A DNA stretch of 64,000 nucleotides from a virus: positions 5,540-69,539 of the IMG/VR virus record IMGVR_UViG_3300028610_001353, one strand, 5' to 3'. The stretch's first letter is position 1. The number at the start of each line of letters is the position of its first letter. This document shows, in pieces, positions 47,161-57,678 of the stretch. Under the pieces are notes generated by a model. The model worked only from the letters and a program-made list of their open reading frames with translations. It searched no databases and was not told where the DNA came from. The translations under genes were made by a program, and so were the position numbers.

Positions 47161-48576
47161 CTAGCCGATACGGTAGGCCACAAAGGTATTTGCGGCCCCG
47201 CGAACAAATCGGAACGTGCCGGAGGGGGTTATGTCGGCCCCTTCGTCGTCGATTTCCTCACAGCCAACAAACGTCATGTTGGCCGCACCAGTCATGGTGA
47301 TGATGTCGCCCGCGCCACCGAGGTTGATGACCGTCAAGTCGAAGTAATCGCCGGTGGCCAACGTGCCACCAAGCGCGGCTTCGATTTGTGTACCCGTTCG
47401 CATGGTGTACGCCGCGGCTGCCGTTGGCGTGCCGACCAAGATGCCACCAAGTATCTGAGCGTCCGTCAAAGTGGCATCATCGGTTGCCGTTTCGGGAGTT
47501 CCCACGTAGCCCAGCACCTTGGCGCGAAGGTGGACATTGCCAGCAACGCCAGAACCAGACGTCCCGGTGGTCACGACAACAGCACCGCCATCGCCAGACC
47601 CGGCAGCGGCACCACCGGCGAGCCCGACCTCGCCACCGTCACCGGTACCCTTGCCAGCACCGCCCGTCGTGGTAACAGGACCGCCAGCGCCATTGGTTGT
47701 GTTGGCGTTGGCTCCACCCGTAACGGTTACGGCTCCACCCGTGCCACCTGCGCCTGCTACAGTTGCACCACCGGTTACAGCGACACCACCGCCATCGCCC
47801 GTTGCGCCACCTTCACCGCCAACGAGACTCCCTGCACCGCCGGCGAGGTTGCCCTTACCGATGCCGCCCGTGACGCTCGCTGCTCCACCGATTGCGTTAC
47901 CGGCCGCAGAACCCGCCGCTCCACCGGCAATGGTCGCGGCTCCACCAGTGCCGCTCGTCGCTCCACTGGCTCCACCGGTCACGACTGCCGCTCCACCGGC
48001 ACCCGTAGCGCCACCGACGCCACCCACTACCGAGGAAGCTCCACCAGCGAGGCCAGAGGTGGCGGATACACCACCGGTTACCGAGACCAGTCCGCCTTGA
48101 GCAGCGGCCAGTCCGGCAATGTTCAACGTGGCATCGCTGCCCGTGATGTCGTCGGCCGTCATGCTTCCGGCGATCGTGCTTGTTCGCTTGGCAGCGGTCA
48201 TCATCACACGGACATAGCTGTCCGTCGCGGCCGTATCCGTGGTTCCATTCGGCTGAGTAGGTGCGGCCAGTCCCATTAGGTTGTTGCCAGAGGCCGTCCC
48301 AGTCGCACAGCCAGAAAGGGCCGTCCCGCCGTAGGGGCTCCCGTTGGCGTCCCAGTACACGGCGTCACCGGCGGCGATGATTCCAGCGACTTGCGGAACA
48401 TCCCAACAGCCACCAAAGTCAAGGGTGCCAATCGGTTGTTCGCTGAAGTCCACGGCCGCCGACACATGTGCAGGAACGGTCCCAACCTCGATTACGTCCC
48501 CCACTGCTGCGTCGGCAGAAAACGTATGGGGAAGCCTAATACCCTCACTGACTCGTTTGCTAGGCGTTTGCGCCAT
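47161..48576 (-). CDS. Capsid cement/decoration protein (DUF2190-like) with a long Gly-rich fibre extension
   Basis: Follows the capsid gene; GDVI.VG, AGDAVYWD, then about 200 aa of GGA.xxGG repeats. Confidence 0.65.
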   Translation of the reverse strand: MAQTPSKRVSEGIRLPHTFSADAAVGDVIEVGTVPAHVSAAVDFSEQPIGTLDFGGCWDVPQVAGIIAAGDAVYWDANGSPYGGTALSGCATGTASGNNLMGLAAPTQPNGTTDTAATDSYVRVMMTAAKRTSTIAGSMTADDITGSDATLNIAGLAAAQGGLVSVTGGVSATSGLAGGASSVVGGVGGATGAGGAAVVTGGASGATSGTGGAATIAGGAAGSAAGNAIGGAASVTGGIGKGNLAGGAGSLVGGEGGATGDGGGVAVTGGATVAGAGGTGGAVTVTGGANANTTNGAGGPVTTTGGAGKGTGDGGEVGLAGGAAAGSGDGGAVVVTTGTSGSGVAGNVHLRAKVLGYVGTPETATDDATLTDAQILGGILVGTPTAAAAYTMRTGTQIEAALGGTLATGDYFDLTVINLGGAGDIITMTGAANMTFVGCEEIDDEGADITPSGTFRFVRGAANTFVAYRIG

Positions 48577-48620
48577 GGCTTATCTCCTTATGCTTGCGAA
48601 AGTTTTCAGTTGGAATATCC

Positions 48621-50858
48621 TCACGCGGCGCCCTTGCTCCGAACGCCGCCTCGGAAGTCTTGGGAGTTGACGCCGAAATCGAAGTAGCCACGCATCTGCA
48701 CGCCAAGGGTGTCGAAGTCGGCATCGGCCTGCTCGATAATGGGGGTCTGTTGGCCATTAAGGAAACAGACCTCGACTGTCGACAATTCCTGCGGACTGGC
48801 CAACAGATTCCACGCAGTCGCGGAGTAGCCGGTGTAGCTGCTGTTACCCATGTACCGCGACACGACCGGCCGGAACTTGCCCGCGTGCGGGTTGTTGACC
48901 GGATACTTCGCGGTTGCTGATGGGTTTCTGATTTCGGTGGAGTTGAACAGCGAAGCCGATAAGGCGCTGAGTGAGGTCGGAACTAATAGAATCAGGGGCA
49001 TGTGCCCAATCGGCTCGCCGTCCGCGTCTTTGAGGTCCATAAACAACTGCTCCGCTTCCGTGAGCGAGTCGATGGACAGTGCCGAATCCGCGCCGTCGAA
49101 GTAGTTCAATCTCCCCGCCGTGAACAACGTTCCCTGCGCGGCAAGGTAGGTTGTCCAAAAGATGTGATTCAGAGTTCTGCCGCCACCATTGCCGAGCCGG
49201 CGTGGAACTGTGGTAATGGCCCCAAGGTCGTCGTTGATGATGTCGGTTCGCGTAACCGCCAACCTCAGTGCATAGGTGTCGGCCTTGTTGGTGTACGCCT
49301 CATCCCCGAGCGTTCCGTGGGGGATCTCCCCGGACGGTGGCACTAGCTTGTATGTCGACTCGCCGGTGAGTCGATAACTGGTCGTCGTCTTGAAGTCCGA
49401 CACGGGACGAATCGAGGCAACTTCCCGCCAAGCCGACTCGACGAAGCTAAAACCTTCCAGGAGGAACTTGTTGGCAACATTGCTGAGAATGTCCGTGATG
49501 GCGACCGTCGAGAAACCACCGGCCTGAATGGGAGCAAACGCATGTCGCATACAGCCCGTGCTATCCTGCTTGAACGAATAGCCAGACCAGCCGTTCGCCC
49601 GTGCCGAGGCGACAATCATTTCCTGCAAGCCAATTCCATGGGGGAACTGTTTATGGGCGGCGTCAAGCAGCTCGGGCGAACAATGATCCTCGGGCTTCGC
49701 GATCAAGCCAGTGGCTAAGACGGCGGCGGCGAGAATGTCATTGGTAATTCCGTCTTGGCTACTACTATGGATACCCGGACCCTTGGGACGTTCGGCAACC
49801 ATGAGGTCGGCCTTGAACTGTGCAGCGGCCACGATGTACTCCGCCCCCAACCGAGGCGCAGCCCATTTGTCTTTCAGCGCCGTTGCCAGCGCTTCGAGGC
49901 CGCCCTTGATGGCGGCGTCATAGAGTTTGTTGAAGTCGACCTCAGGAACCCTTGTGCGGTAATCAGCGGCCGTTGCGTTGATCGCCGTCTTGTGCTGGGC
50001 GTGCGCCAGCTCAACTGCATCAAGGTCAAACTTGGGAGCCTCGACGAGCGGCGGCTTCTCGGCCGCTTCGATCTTCTTTGGATCACCAGACTCGGCAGCT
50101 TCCACTTTCGCGGCGGCGGCTTTCGCGTTGGCAGCTTCGGTTACCGCGTCGTACGCGGCCCGATAATGCTGGAGTTGATCTTCTCGCAGTTCGGCGACGT
50201 CAACGTCAAAAGCCTCAATCCACTTGTCAAATTCCATGTCGGTCTCCTTGTATTGCGCGGCGGACGCCGCTACTTTCGCCGTCGCTTTGCGATCAGCGCC
50301 AATTGCTACGAAACTGGTTTCCCCCAGCGTCGACTTACGCGCGACGTACAAGGGGCCGGTGAACGTCTTGCCGTTGACTTTCGTCGCCACACCTTCGCCG
50401 ACGAATTCGAGTTTGTCGGGACGCGCGCCTACTGAGGCTTTCCATGGGAACCCATTCCCGGCGGCAGCTTGTACTTCAGCCGCGTCGGGACCCGCCCCGG
50501 AAATGACCCCAGCGAGCTTGAGAGAAGAGTCGCCGATCGTGACCTCATCCGCGTGGCCAATCACGCGAGAGAGGTCGTGGTCGCGAAGAATGGGTATGGG
50601 TGCTTTTGCCCTGAGGCCAGAAAGGTCGATCACGACGGGCGGCCCGTAGCTGCTGACCTGCATGGGGCCGCCGGTGTAGGCGGTCATCGAGAACCGCTTG
50701 GGCTTCGCCTCGCCGTCATCATCGGCGGCGGTGATCCACTCGACGCCAACGGCCTCCATTAGGATGGGGCCTTGCACGGCCGCCGCTCGAATCATCGCAC
50801 GCTGAGATTGATGGTATCGGTGGCGTTCCTTGCGCTGTTGTTTTCGTTTCGTGGTCAT
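48621..50858 (-). CDS. Prohead protease - major capsid protein fusion (Mu-like head subunit)
   Basis: AYTGG..PILRDHD..GFPWKASVG..ETSFV.IGAD protease; SDFK..GEI..TY....TR..IINDDLG..FLNGQQTP..DFG capsid. Confidence 0.9.
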   Translation of the reverse strand: MTTKRKQQRKERHRYHQSQRAMIRAAAVQGPILMEAVGVEWITAADDDGEAKPKRFSMTAYTGGPMQVSSYGPPVVIDLSGLRAKAPIPILRDHDLSRVIGHADEVTIGDSSLKLAGVISGAGPDAAEVQAAAGNGFPWKASVGARPDKLEFVGEGVATKVNGKTFTGPLYVARKSTLGETSFVAIGADRKATAKVAASAAQYKETDMEFDKWIEAFDVDVAELREDQLQHYRAAYDAVTEAANAKAAAAKVEAAESGDPKKIEAAEKPPLVEAPKFDLDAVELAHAQHKTAINATAADYRTRVPEVDFNKLYDAAIKGGLEALATALKDKWAAPRLGAEYIVAAAQFKADLMVAERPKGPGIHSSSQDGITNDILAAAVLATGLIAKPEDHCSPELLDAAHKQFPHGIGLQEMIVASARANGWSGYSFKQDSTGCMRHAFAPIQAGGFSTVAITDILSNVANKFLLEGFSFVESAWREVASIRPVSDFKTTTSYRLTGESTYKLVPPSGEIPHGTLGDEAYTNKADTYALRLAVTRTDIINDDLGAITTVPRRLGNGGGRTLNHIFWTTYLAAQGTLFTAGRLNYFDGADSALSIDSLTEAEQLFMDLKDADGEPIGHMPLILLVPTSLSALSASLFNSTEIRNPSATAKYPVNNPHAGKFRPVVSRYMGNSSYTGYSATAWNLLASPQELSTVEVCFLNGQQTPIIEQADADFDTLGVQMRGYFDFGVNSQDFRGGVRSKGAA

Positions 50859-50872
50859 CGTCAAGCACCAAT

Positions 50873-50987
50873 AAAAAAACGGGGGGCGATCACTCGCTCC
50901 CCCGCATGGGCTCGACGTATGCGGCGTCTCGAAGGGCTGGCCAGCCCTGCCGATTGCCTGGACCGCGATTGATCGCAGCCCCCTAGT
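50873..50987 (-). promoter_or_regulatory. Structured RNA leader/terminator between the portal and protease-capsid genes
   Basis: GGGGCTGCGATCA...TGATCGCCCCC closing stem plus a T-run, enclosing internal hairpins. Confidence 0.5.
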
Positions 50988-51030
50988 TTTTAGTTGTTTG
51001 AAAGCACCTCTCGCAAAATGGTGTGTTTGT

Positions 51031-52602
51031 TTATGTGCGGGCCAGCCTGTTCCCGTTGCGGCCGGCAGTCGGCAGCCGGTTCCTGCCTTGTGTTGGAGTC
51101 GACGTCGACGACGACGATGACGACGACGGAGGCAGTGGAGGCGGTTCGACAGTCGCAGATGCGCCGCCACCAAAGTGAGCCTTGAAGAGCGCGACCCTCA
51201 TCTCGTCAACCGTGATGCCGTAGTCCTCGGCCATGCGGGGCAATTCTTCCTCGAGGTCCAAGCCACTCTGGGCGTAGACTCGACGGAGAACCGCAACGCC
51301 GGCCGATAGATTGATCTTGTTGGCGTTGGCGTGCTTGACCTCGTCGATGACCGGCTTCTCGGGCCAGTCCCAGCCGTGATTCGGTGGTGGATCAGCCGGC
51401 ACGCCCCAACCAAACCGTTCGACAGCTTCGGCGAAGAACACCTCGAAAAGCGGATCAAGCCCGTCCTCGTCAATGTCATGTTGCTCAACATCGACCGAAA
51501 CGAAATAGGTCAGATGATCGACTCTGCCACCGGAGAACGTGGTTCCCTGAGAGTCAGCCCTTGCGATGTTGTTCGGCATGTTGAGCGGCCGCGCCTGCTC
51601 GCCTGATTGCTCGCGAGTGAACTCTGTGTAGGTTGCTGATGGCTGCTCTGGCCTCGGCTGGAATGCGTCGTAGCCAGCCGGTAAGGCCGTCATCATCCCC
51701 TTCTCGATCGGAAGCGTGGATAGGGGCCGAACGATGTCGGGTCCATCGTCGGGCAGCAACTCCGTTTTGAGCATCACCGAAAAGTTTGCGATATTCTCGG
51801 CCCCCGCAAGAACCGCCTCACGGAACCGCCGGCCCTGCGCATAGCAATTCAGCGACGGGGCGACCTCCGTGACGCCGCGGTGTTGACCGGCTCGGTCTTC
51901 GCGAAAAAGGTGAAGCATGAATCGGGCGGGCACCCGTTCCACTTTTTGACCCAGCCCGCTCCACTGACTGCCCGGATGCTGCTTGAGCACGTCGTAGAAA
52001 AGCGGGTTGCCATATTCGTCAAACTCGATGCCGTCAATCTTGTTCGACTCGTTGGCCCCAAGGTACGGCGTCGTGACTTGTTCGCACTCGACCATTCGCA
52101 AACCGAGCTTGACGCGGTGGCGCATCTTCGGATTCTGCGTAATGATGATGAACGCTTCGCCGTCTGAAACCTTTGCCTTGATGACCGTACGAAGCTTCTT
52201 GGCCAACTTCACTTCCTTGGCCCACTTCTTCCACTCGGCCTCAACCATCGAGTTGAAACGTGGGCTGCCGGTTTGCATCCGCAGCTTGGGACCTCGGCCA
52301 ACCACATAATTTGCCTGGGTGAGTTGGATGCCCTTGCCTAGGCCGTTGTTGGAAAGTTCGTATCGGGCTCGTTGGGAGATCCGTTGGCGGACGGTCTTGC
52401 TGTTGGCGGAGTCTGCGTCAAGAGCATCGGCGGCAAGCCAGTGTTGCTTGTTCATGCCGCCGGTAGACGCGGCGTCGTAGCTGCCACGGACCGGTCGAGG
52501 CGTGTCCATGTCGACCGTCACCGGCTGGCGTGAACTGCGAGTACTGACGGCCTCCGAAACGCCGGTCGACGAGACAACGATCGTGGTACAAAGATCCATC
52601 AA
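51031..52602 (-). CDS. Portal protein, lambda family
   Basis: SYDAA, RARYE..NN, DGEAF, DGIEFD.YG.P, R.GQHRGV, FSGGR, IDE.K. Confidence 0.92.
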   Translation of the reverse strand: MMDLCTTIVVSSTGVSEAVSTRSSRQPVTVDMDTPRPVRGSYDAASTGGMNKQHWLAADALDADSANSKTVRQRISQRARYELSNNGLGKGIQLTQANYVVGRGPKLRMQTGSPRFNSMVEAEWKKWAKEVKLAKKLRTVIKAKVSDGEAFIIITQNPKMRHRVKLGLRMVECEQVTTPYLGANESNKIDGIEFDEYGNPLFYDVLKQHPGSQWSGLGQKVERVPARFMLHLFREDRAGQHRGVTEVAPSLNCYAQGRRFREAVLAGAENIANFSVMLKTELLPDDGPDIVRPLSTLPIEKGMMTALPAGYDAFQPRPEQPSATYTEFTREQSGEQARPLNMPNNIARADSQGTTFSGGRVDHLTYFVSVDVEQHDIDEDGLDPLFEVFFAEAVERFGWGVPADPPPNHGWDWPEKPVIDEVKHANANKINLSAGVAVLRRVYAQSGLDLEEELPRMAEDYGITVDEMRVALFKAHFGGGASATVEPPPLPPSSSSSSSTSTPTQGRNRLPTAGRNGNRLART

Positions 52603-52802
52603 CCGGCCCCCGGGGCTTCGAGCCTCACGAGCCGAAGGCCGAAGTGGTTCTTCGACGCACCGGCCTGGGCCGATTCGTAGCGAAGGGCTTCGAGTAGGTC
52701 GCTAATGCTGTGACTCTCAACGCGCCCCTTGTCTGTGCCGGCAGACTTCGGACTGAGCGCGGCTTGCTCGAGCGCTTCGGCGATGGTTGTAGGAGTTGCC
52801 AT
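52599..52802 (-). CDS. gpW-like head-completion protein
   Basis: Small gene just before the lambda-type portal; P.S...D...V..HS..DL. Confidence 0.6.
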   Translation of the reverse strand: MATPTTIAEALEQAALSPKSAGTDKGRVESHSISDLLEALRYESAQAGASKNHFGLRLVRLEAPGAG

Positions 52803-52893
52803 GCCTACACGATAACACTACATGGAGGCAACTCAAGAGAAGAAGGGGCGACTTGCTACATGTGCGACTTTTTACGCGCCCACTGCCAAATTA

Positions 52894-53106
52894 CTACTGA
52901 AATCCGATGGTCATGCCTTGCGTTTCATCGGTGCGGGTAACCTCGAATTGTTCCAGCAATTCTTCATTTCTAGTTCGGCCATTCCACCAAACACATCGGT
53001 AGGCTATGCGGCACTTATCATTGATCTCGATGCCAATGATTCGCGCTGGGATATCGTCCGAGAGCGTGACGGGTGACCCGATCTGTATGACTTCAATCTG
53101 TGGCAT
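52894..53106 (-). CDS. Small SH3-like (DUF2158/YodC-like) protein
   Basis: IG..V.L...Y.C.WW.G motif. Confidence 0.45.
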   Translation of the reverse strand: MPQIEVIQIGSPVTLSDDIPARIIGIEINDKCRIAYRCVWWNGRTRNEELLEQFEVTRTDETQGMTIGFQ

Positions 53107-53371
53107 CGTCTTCTACTTCCCTACCCAGTACGCCTCGCAGGTCGTTTCCACACCGAGGCGCTATCGGGCGAGGCAAGCCACGTATAATGGCCTCAGTGTC
53201 TTCGTCGTATTTGGCCCGCAGACTCGCGTTGTCCGCCTTTCGCTTATCATCTTGCTCTGCTGTTTCCCACTGTCGGCCTGGTCCCCAATTGGACACGTGG
53301 AGATCAAACCATACGCCGCGTAGTTCACGAAAACTATCCTCAAGTCCCATGTCGTCCTCCCTTTGAAAAAG

Positions 53372-53578
53372 CTATTTCTCCCTCGGAATTTCCTCCGTCC
53401 GAAGCAACGACTGCCCACAGTGCCGACACACCCGGCGACGGCGCCGGTTCCCGCTTGCAACGGTGTAAGAACTCTCTACCCGCCAATCGCGACAGCCGCA
53501 ACGCGGGCAGGTCCACGGGTCGCCACTCGCTTCGTCCGCCATTTCCTGCAAGGATTTCGGTGGCTTCGCGTCGGTCAT
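53372..53578 (-). CDS. NrdR-N/Ogr-like zinc-ribbon protein
   Basis: CPRCG...V..S.....RRRRRVCRHCG...T.E. Confidence 0.65.
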   Translation of the reverse strand: MTDAKPPKSLQEMADEASGDPWTCPRCGCRDWRVESSYTVASGNRRRRRVCRHCGQSLLRTEEIPREK

Positions 53579-54859
53579 CTTTTCGCACTTAGTTTTTATC
53601 GGGCGGGATGATGTAAGCGAGTTGCAGCCACCGTCGAAAGTGAAAGTAAATCCCCTGGTTATCGTCGACCTGCTCACCTCGAACGTACACCTTTCCGTCG
53701 TCGTCGAACCGTATCATTTCACGTCCGTCTGCTAGCTGGAACACAATGCTCCCCGATGGTTTGCCGTTGCCCGGGGAGAGCGTAACGTTTCCACCAGCGC
53801 CGATAGGATCTGGCATCGCTTGGGTTCCTTGTTAGGGTCTTTGGATATGGGGAATGGTACCGGGCGGGTCTTCGGCAATCGCCACCGAGTGCATTACCAC
53901 CACGGGGCAGCGGTCTTCTTTCGAGTGAATTCGTATCGCTTCCTCGCATGCGTCATCATACGACAAGCACGGCGGGCCCATGACCATCGGCTGAGCGCCC
54001 GGGACATCCGGGTATGTTTGGACAACCAACCAGAAATCTTTCATGCTTGGGTTCCTTTTCGTGCTTTCCTGCTGAGACGCTGATATATCTTCCTCGCAAC
54101 CATGAAAGGTAAAGCCCATCCTGGGCCAGGGCCGCCCTCTACGATTTCGTGGCCATCGCGTAACACAACTGTTGCCCACGAACTCATTCCGTAATCAAAC
54201 AAACCCGATTCTACCGCTGGGTGTAGTAGCACAAGATGACTCTGCCTACTACTCCCTTGCTCTGCTCTTCCCACTTCGGCCAACCACGCTCGCAGTTCCC
54301 TTAGCTGGAACAATCGTCGTCGGTCGGTACATGTTCGTCGCTTTCGCATAGTCACCTCCGATCAATCAGTCCCACCGATTGCATTCCATCAACCGAAGCC
54401 GGTGGGGATGCTCCGGCGTTCTAGCCATCACCGCATTACCGCGCGGCATCCGAAACCGCCTCCAGCCTGTACGGGAATCACGTCGACCTGCTGTACGGAT
54501 CAGACGACGCGCCAACAGTCGCTCCCTCATTCCTTTGCCCAATAGCTCTTGTGTACACCGTGCAAGTGCCACGGAGAATGCCGCGTAATCCTTTTCGTCG
54601 TACTTGATGGCTATCACATGAATCCTCTATATAACCCCACCACCCAGGCCGCGACCGCAGCGCCAATAGAACCGAGACACATTGCCATTACGAGCATGTG
54701 CATCCCACGGCAGCGGCACGTCCACCTGTCATTGATGATCTGACGGCCGCACTCCGAGCACACATGCTCGCACTCCGGTGGCGGTGGCAGTGGTGGCTGG
54801 GCCTCAAGGAAATCCACCCCAGAACCCACAATGATCCCCCGACGGTTACCGCTCATTGA

Positions 54860-57025
54860 CTAGTTTCCTTTCTTCGCCATTTCCGCAAGACTCATAGGCT
54901 TCTTGGTTGCTCTTGCTTCCGATGGAATTGACGATAGCCGCGACAATGCCGCGCCAACACGTGTTAACGCCAGGGCGTCCAATTGATGGTTGGGGCCATT
55001 CGGCGGCAAGAATTTCGCTTTCGTGGGGTCCCATTGTTCGCTAATAACATGGGCCGCAAGTTCCCGCTCTTCCTCTACTGAGCTTCGCAACTGCCGGCCA
55101 TCGTCACCGACCCGCGGGGCATGTAACCCCAAAGTGCCGGGCGTGCCGAAGTCGGCTTTGAAGGCTTCCTGCACGCGGGTCTTGAACACGTCGGCATTGA
55201 ATTGGCACAGCGGCGTGCGGCCCCGGCGATCGACGTGGCACTCGTCAAACTGGCGGATTCCGATGTGCGGAAGCGGCCGAACGTATCGGCCAGACCCCTT
55301 ACATGGCAGGCAGCGCCCGAATCCAACCTCGGACGCAAACACCGTTACCGGCTGAATCGACCAGCCTTCATCTTTCCATCCGCTGTCGATCAGCGTCCAG
55401 TCGGGAAACCGGGCCGAAGATTCCGACTCAGGGTCTTCTCGCCATGGCTTGTGCGACTGAATCCATTCCCACCATTCGCGGAGTCCTTCCAAGACAGCAT
55501 TCTCGCAAGCAGCCGGCTTCTGGCCAGCCGTCGCGAATCGCCAGAAGTGATGCTCGACAATCGAACCGACGCAGCGTTCATCAAACGCGACCGCCGCCCA
55601 ATGCAAGCCGAGCTTTTTAACGTCGGCTCCGAGTATCAACTTTACCGTCCCCTCTGGCACAACCCGGTAATCGCTACCGCTCCGGGAATCGCGAATCTGT
55701 TCTATCGTCAGATCGAGCAAGCCGAGTTCGTCAGGCGGGTCGTTGTCAAACTCCGTCGCCGTGTTGGCTGGACCAATCCTCGCAACCCAGCCGTAATAAT
55801 GTTCCAACGCCGATACCTCGACAGTTCCACCCTCCGGCCGGATTCGGTGGTCGTAACGGTGTGGATTTGCAATCTCGCCGCCTTCGTCCATCTCTTCCCG
55901 GCGGGCCAGGTAGAACTCGTGCGCTACCCTCGGAATCGGTGACTCGCGGACGTCGGCCTGCTCGCTCACCCACCCCTGCTTGCACAAGGTGATAAATTCA
56001 GCCCACGCCGTCTGGTTGATTGGCGGCTTCAGCAGAAACCGCATCCGGCGGCCACGGAACGACGGGTACTTGTCCCGATCGGTCAGTTGAGCAGCAGCAG
56101 AAGTCCGGCTCCCGCAAGTACAGAGCACGAGCCGCGATACGGGATTACGCTGCGAGCCAAGAGCCGCGACGTTGCGGTCAATCTTCCGTAGTAGTTTGGC
56201 AGATTGAGCAGGGTTGTGAATCGTCTCTTCCGTGTCGGGATCGTCGATAAGTACAAATCTCGGTCGACGGTTTTTGATCCGCAGTCCCCGCAGAGCCGAA
56301 TCAAGGCCCTGTGCGATGACAATAGCATCAGCCGAGGGTGAGCCCGGTACGTTCGGGAATATGAGTCGGTCGCCGGTCCAGTGGAATCGCGTCGGTGCCG
56401 CCTCAAACGGCTCGCCGTTGTCGAACCTCTTACCGTTGGCTAGTTGCGTCTTGGCCCGCTGAACCGTGTTTTCCAACTCTCGTACCGGATAGCATGCTTC
56501 CTTGTAATACCGGTACAGTTCGTCATTTTCCCCGATGGCCATCCTGATCGTCTCCAAGATGTCGGCCGCATTCTTCGCCGTCGCGCCGAGGATGACCCAC
56601 AAGTCTTGCCCGCCACCTTGCAAAATCGCTTTGAGCGTCAACGCAATGGCGAGAGTTGTCTTGCCCTCTCCCCGGCTGGCCGCCGTCGCCCGGTCGCCGC
56701 CCTCCGACAGCAGGGCCGAAAAGTCAGCCACCATCTGTCGTTGCTGCGGCTCAAGCGGATAGTACGGATCTGGGCTGAAGGCCGACCAGTACGAGGCAAT
56801 CCATAGCTCGTCATCGGCTTCACGGCGAAGTCGCTCGGCTCGGTCTTCCGGCGGCATTTCCGGGATTTGAATCAGCCGGCTGGCACGACGCGTTTCGCGT
56901 TTCCGAAGTGCGTCCCGGTCGCGTTCTGATATCCGGCCACTTTCCCCGCGAGCCGCGCGGACCTTGCGCAGTTGGCTTGTCAGTTTGTTTTCGGCGGCTC
57001 GTAGTTGTTGGTCGGCAGTTGCCAC
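54860..57025 (-). CDS. Terminase large subunit
   Basis: ASRGEGKTT Walker A, LRG...RP..VLIDDP Walker B, GpA-like nuclease GADV, IDSGW, NHQLDA. Confidence 0.88.
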   Translation of the reverse strand: MATADQQLRAAENKLTSQLRKVRAARGESGRISERDRDALRKRETRRASRLIQIPEMPPEDRAERLRREADDELWIASYWSAFSPDPYYPLEPQQRQMVADFSALLSEGGDRATAASRGEGKTTLAIALTLKAILQGGGQDLWVILGATAKNAADILETIRMAIGENDELYRYYKEACYPVRELENTVQRAKTQLANGKRFDNGEPFEAAPTRFHWTGDRLIFPNVPGSPSADAIVIAQGLDSALRGLRIKNRRPRFVLIDDPDTEETIHNPAQSAKLLRKIDRNVAALGSQRNPVSRLVLCTCGSRTSAAAQLTDRDKYPSFRGRRMRFLLKPPINQTAWAEFITLCKQGWVSEQADVRESPIPRVAHEFYLARREEMDEGGEIANPHRYDHRIRPEGGTVEVSALEHYYGWVARIGPANTATEFDNDPPDELGLLDLTIEQIRDSRSGSDYRVVPEGTVKLILGADVKKLGLHWAAVAFDERCVGSIVEHHFWRFATAGQKPAACENAVLEGLREWWEWIQSHKPWREDPESESSARFPDWTLIDSGWKDEGWSIQPVTVFASEVGFGRCLPCKGSGRYVRPLPHIGIRQFDECHVDRRGRTPLCQFNADVFKTRVQEAFKADFGTPGTLGLHAPRVGDDGRQLRSSVEEERELAAHVISEQWDPTKAKFLPPNGPNHQLDALALTRVGAALSRLSSIPSEARATKKPMSLAEMAKKGN

Positions 57026-57600
57026 TCGCGGTAATCTCCAGGACGGCGCAACAAAAAACGGCACGCCCAGTGGTCCGGCACCGGACGGCCGTTTCTGTTA
57101 CGCCTCCGTATCCATCCGCTGGCCGGCGGATGGTCGGTTGGCCCGTCGTGTTATTCGTTCGATAGTTCGGGTGTCACGTCCTGAAGCGACTTGGCCGACG
57201 CCTGTCTCTTATTCGCTCTGCGAAGCATGGCGGCTATTGGGCAGTGTGCCTTGTGGATATCTGGATTTAAGTCGAAGCATCGCGTTCTACAAACAGGGCA
57301 AGTAATCGGGCCCGTACCCGGTATGGGCTTCCGGGGCAATATGTTGACGTCAAGAATAAAGTCGGCAAGCGCTCGAAGTCCAATCTCCAACAAGTCATCG
57401 TCTGGGTTATCGCTCATTTTAGGTTTCCAGCCGTGGTGATAGGTCCATATCTTTCATTCGCTGAAGGATCACTCCACAAGCGGAATCAACCATTTTCTTT
57501 TTGGATTATCTACCGTTTCCTGGGTGCGTTGTGGGCAACTCATTAACTCGTAATGAGTTAGCGGATTCCAAATAATCCCAGGATTTCACCGGTTTCCCTA

Positions 57601-57629
57601 TTTACAAACCCTATCGGTACCGATATACT
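57601..57629 (+). promoter_or_regulatory. Promoter TTTACA-N17-TATACT with a perfect palindrome TATCGGTACCGATA
   Basis: Read directly; the palindrome at 57612-57625 overlaps the spacer and -10. Confidence 0.75.
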
Positions 57630-57678
57630 AAAGGGGTCGAATGAATTACCACTTTTCACTTTCACGGGAGAAACGATC

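Noticed and set aside
50859-51173. N-terminal extension of the capsid ORF shown in the track (850 aa)
   Set aside because: It overlaps the portal end and a terminator-like structure; the plausible start is ATG at 50858 or later.
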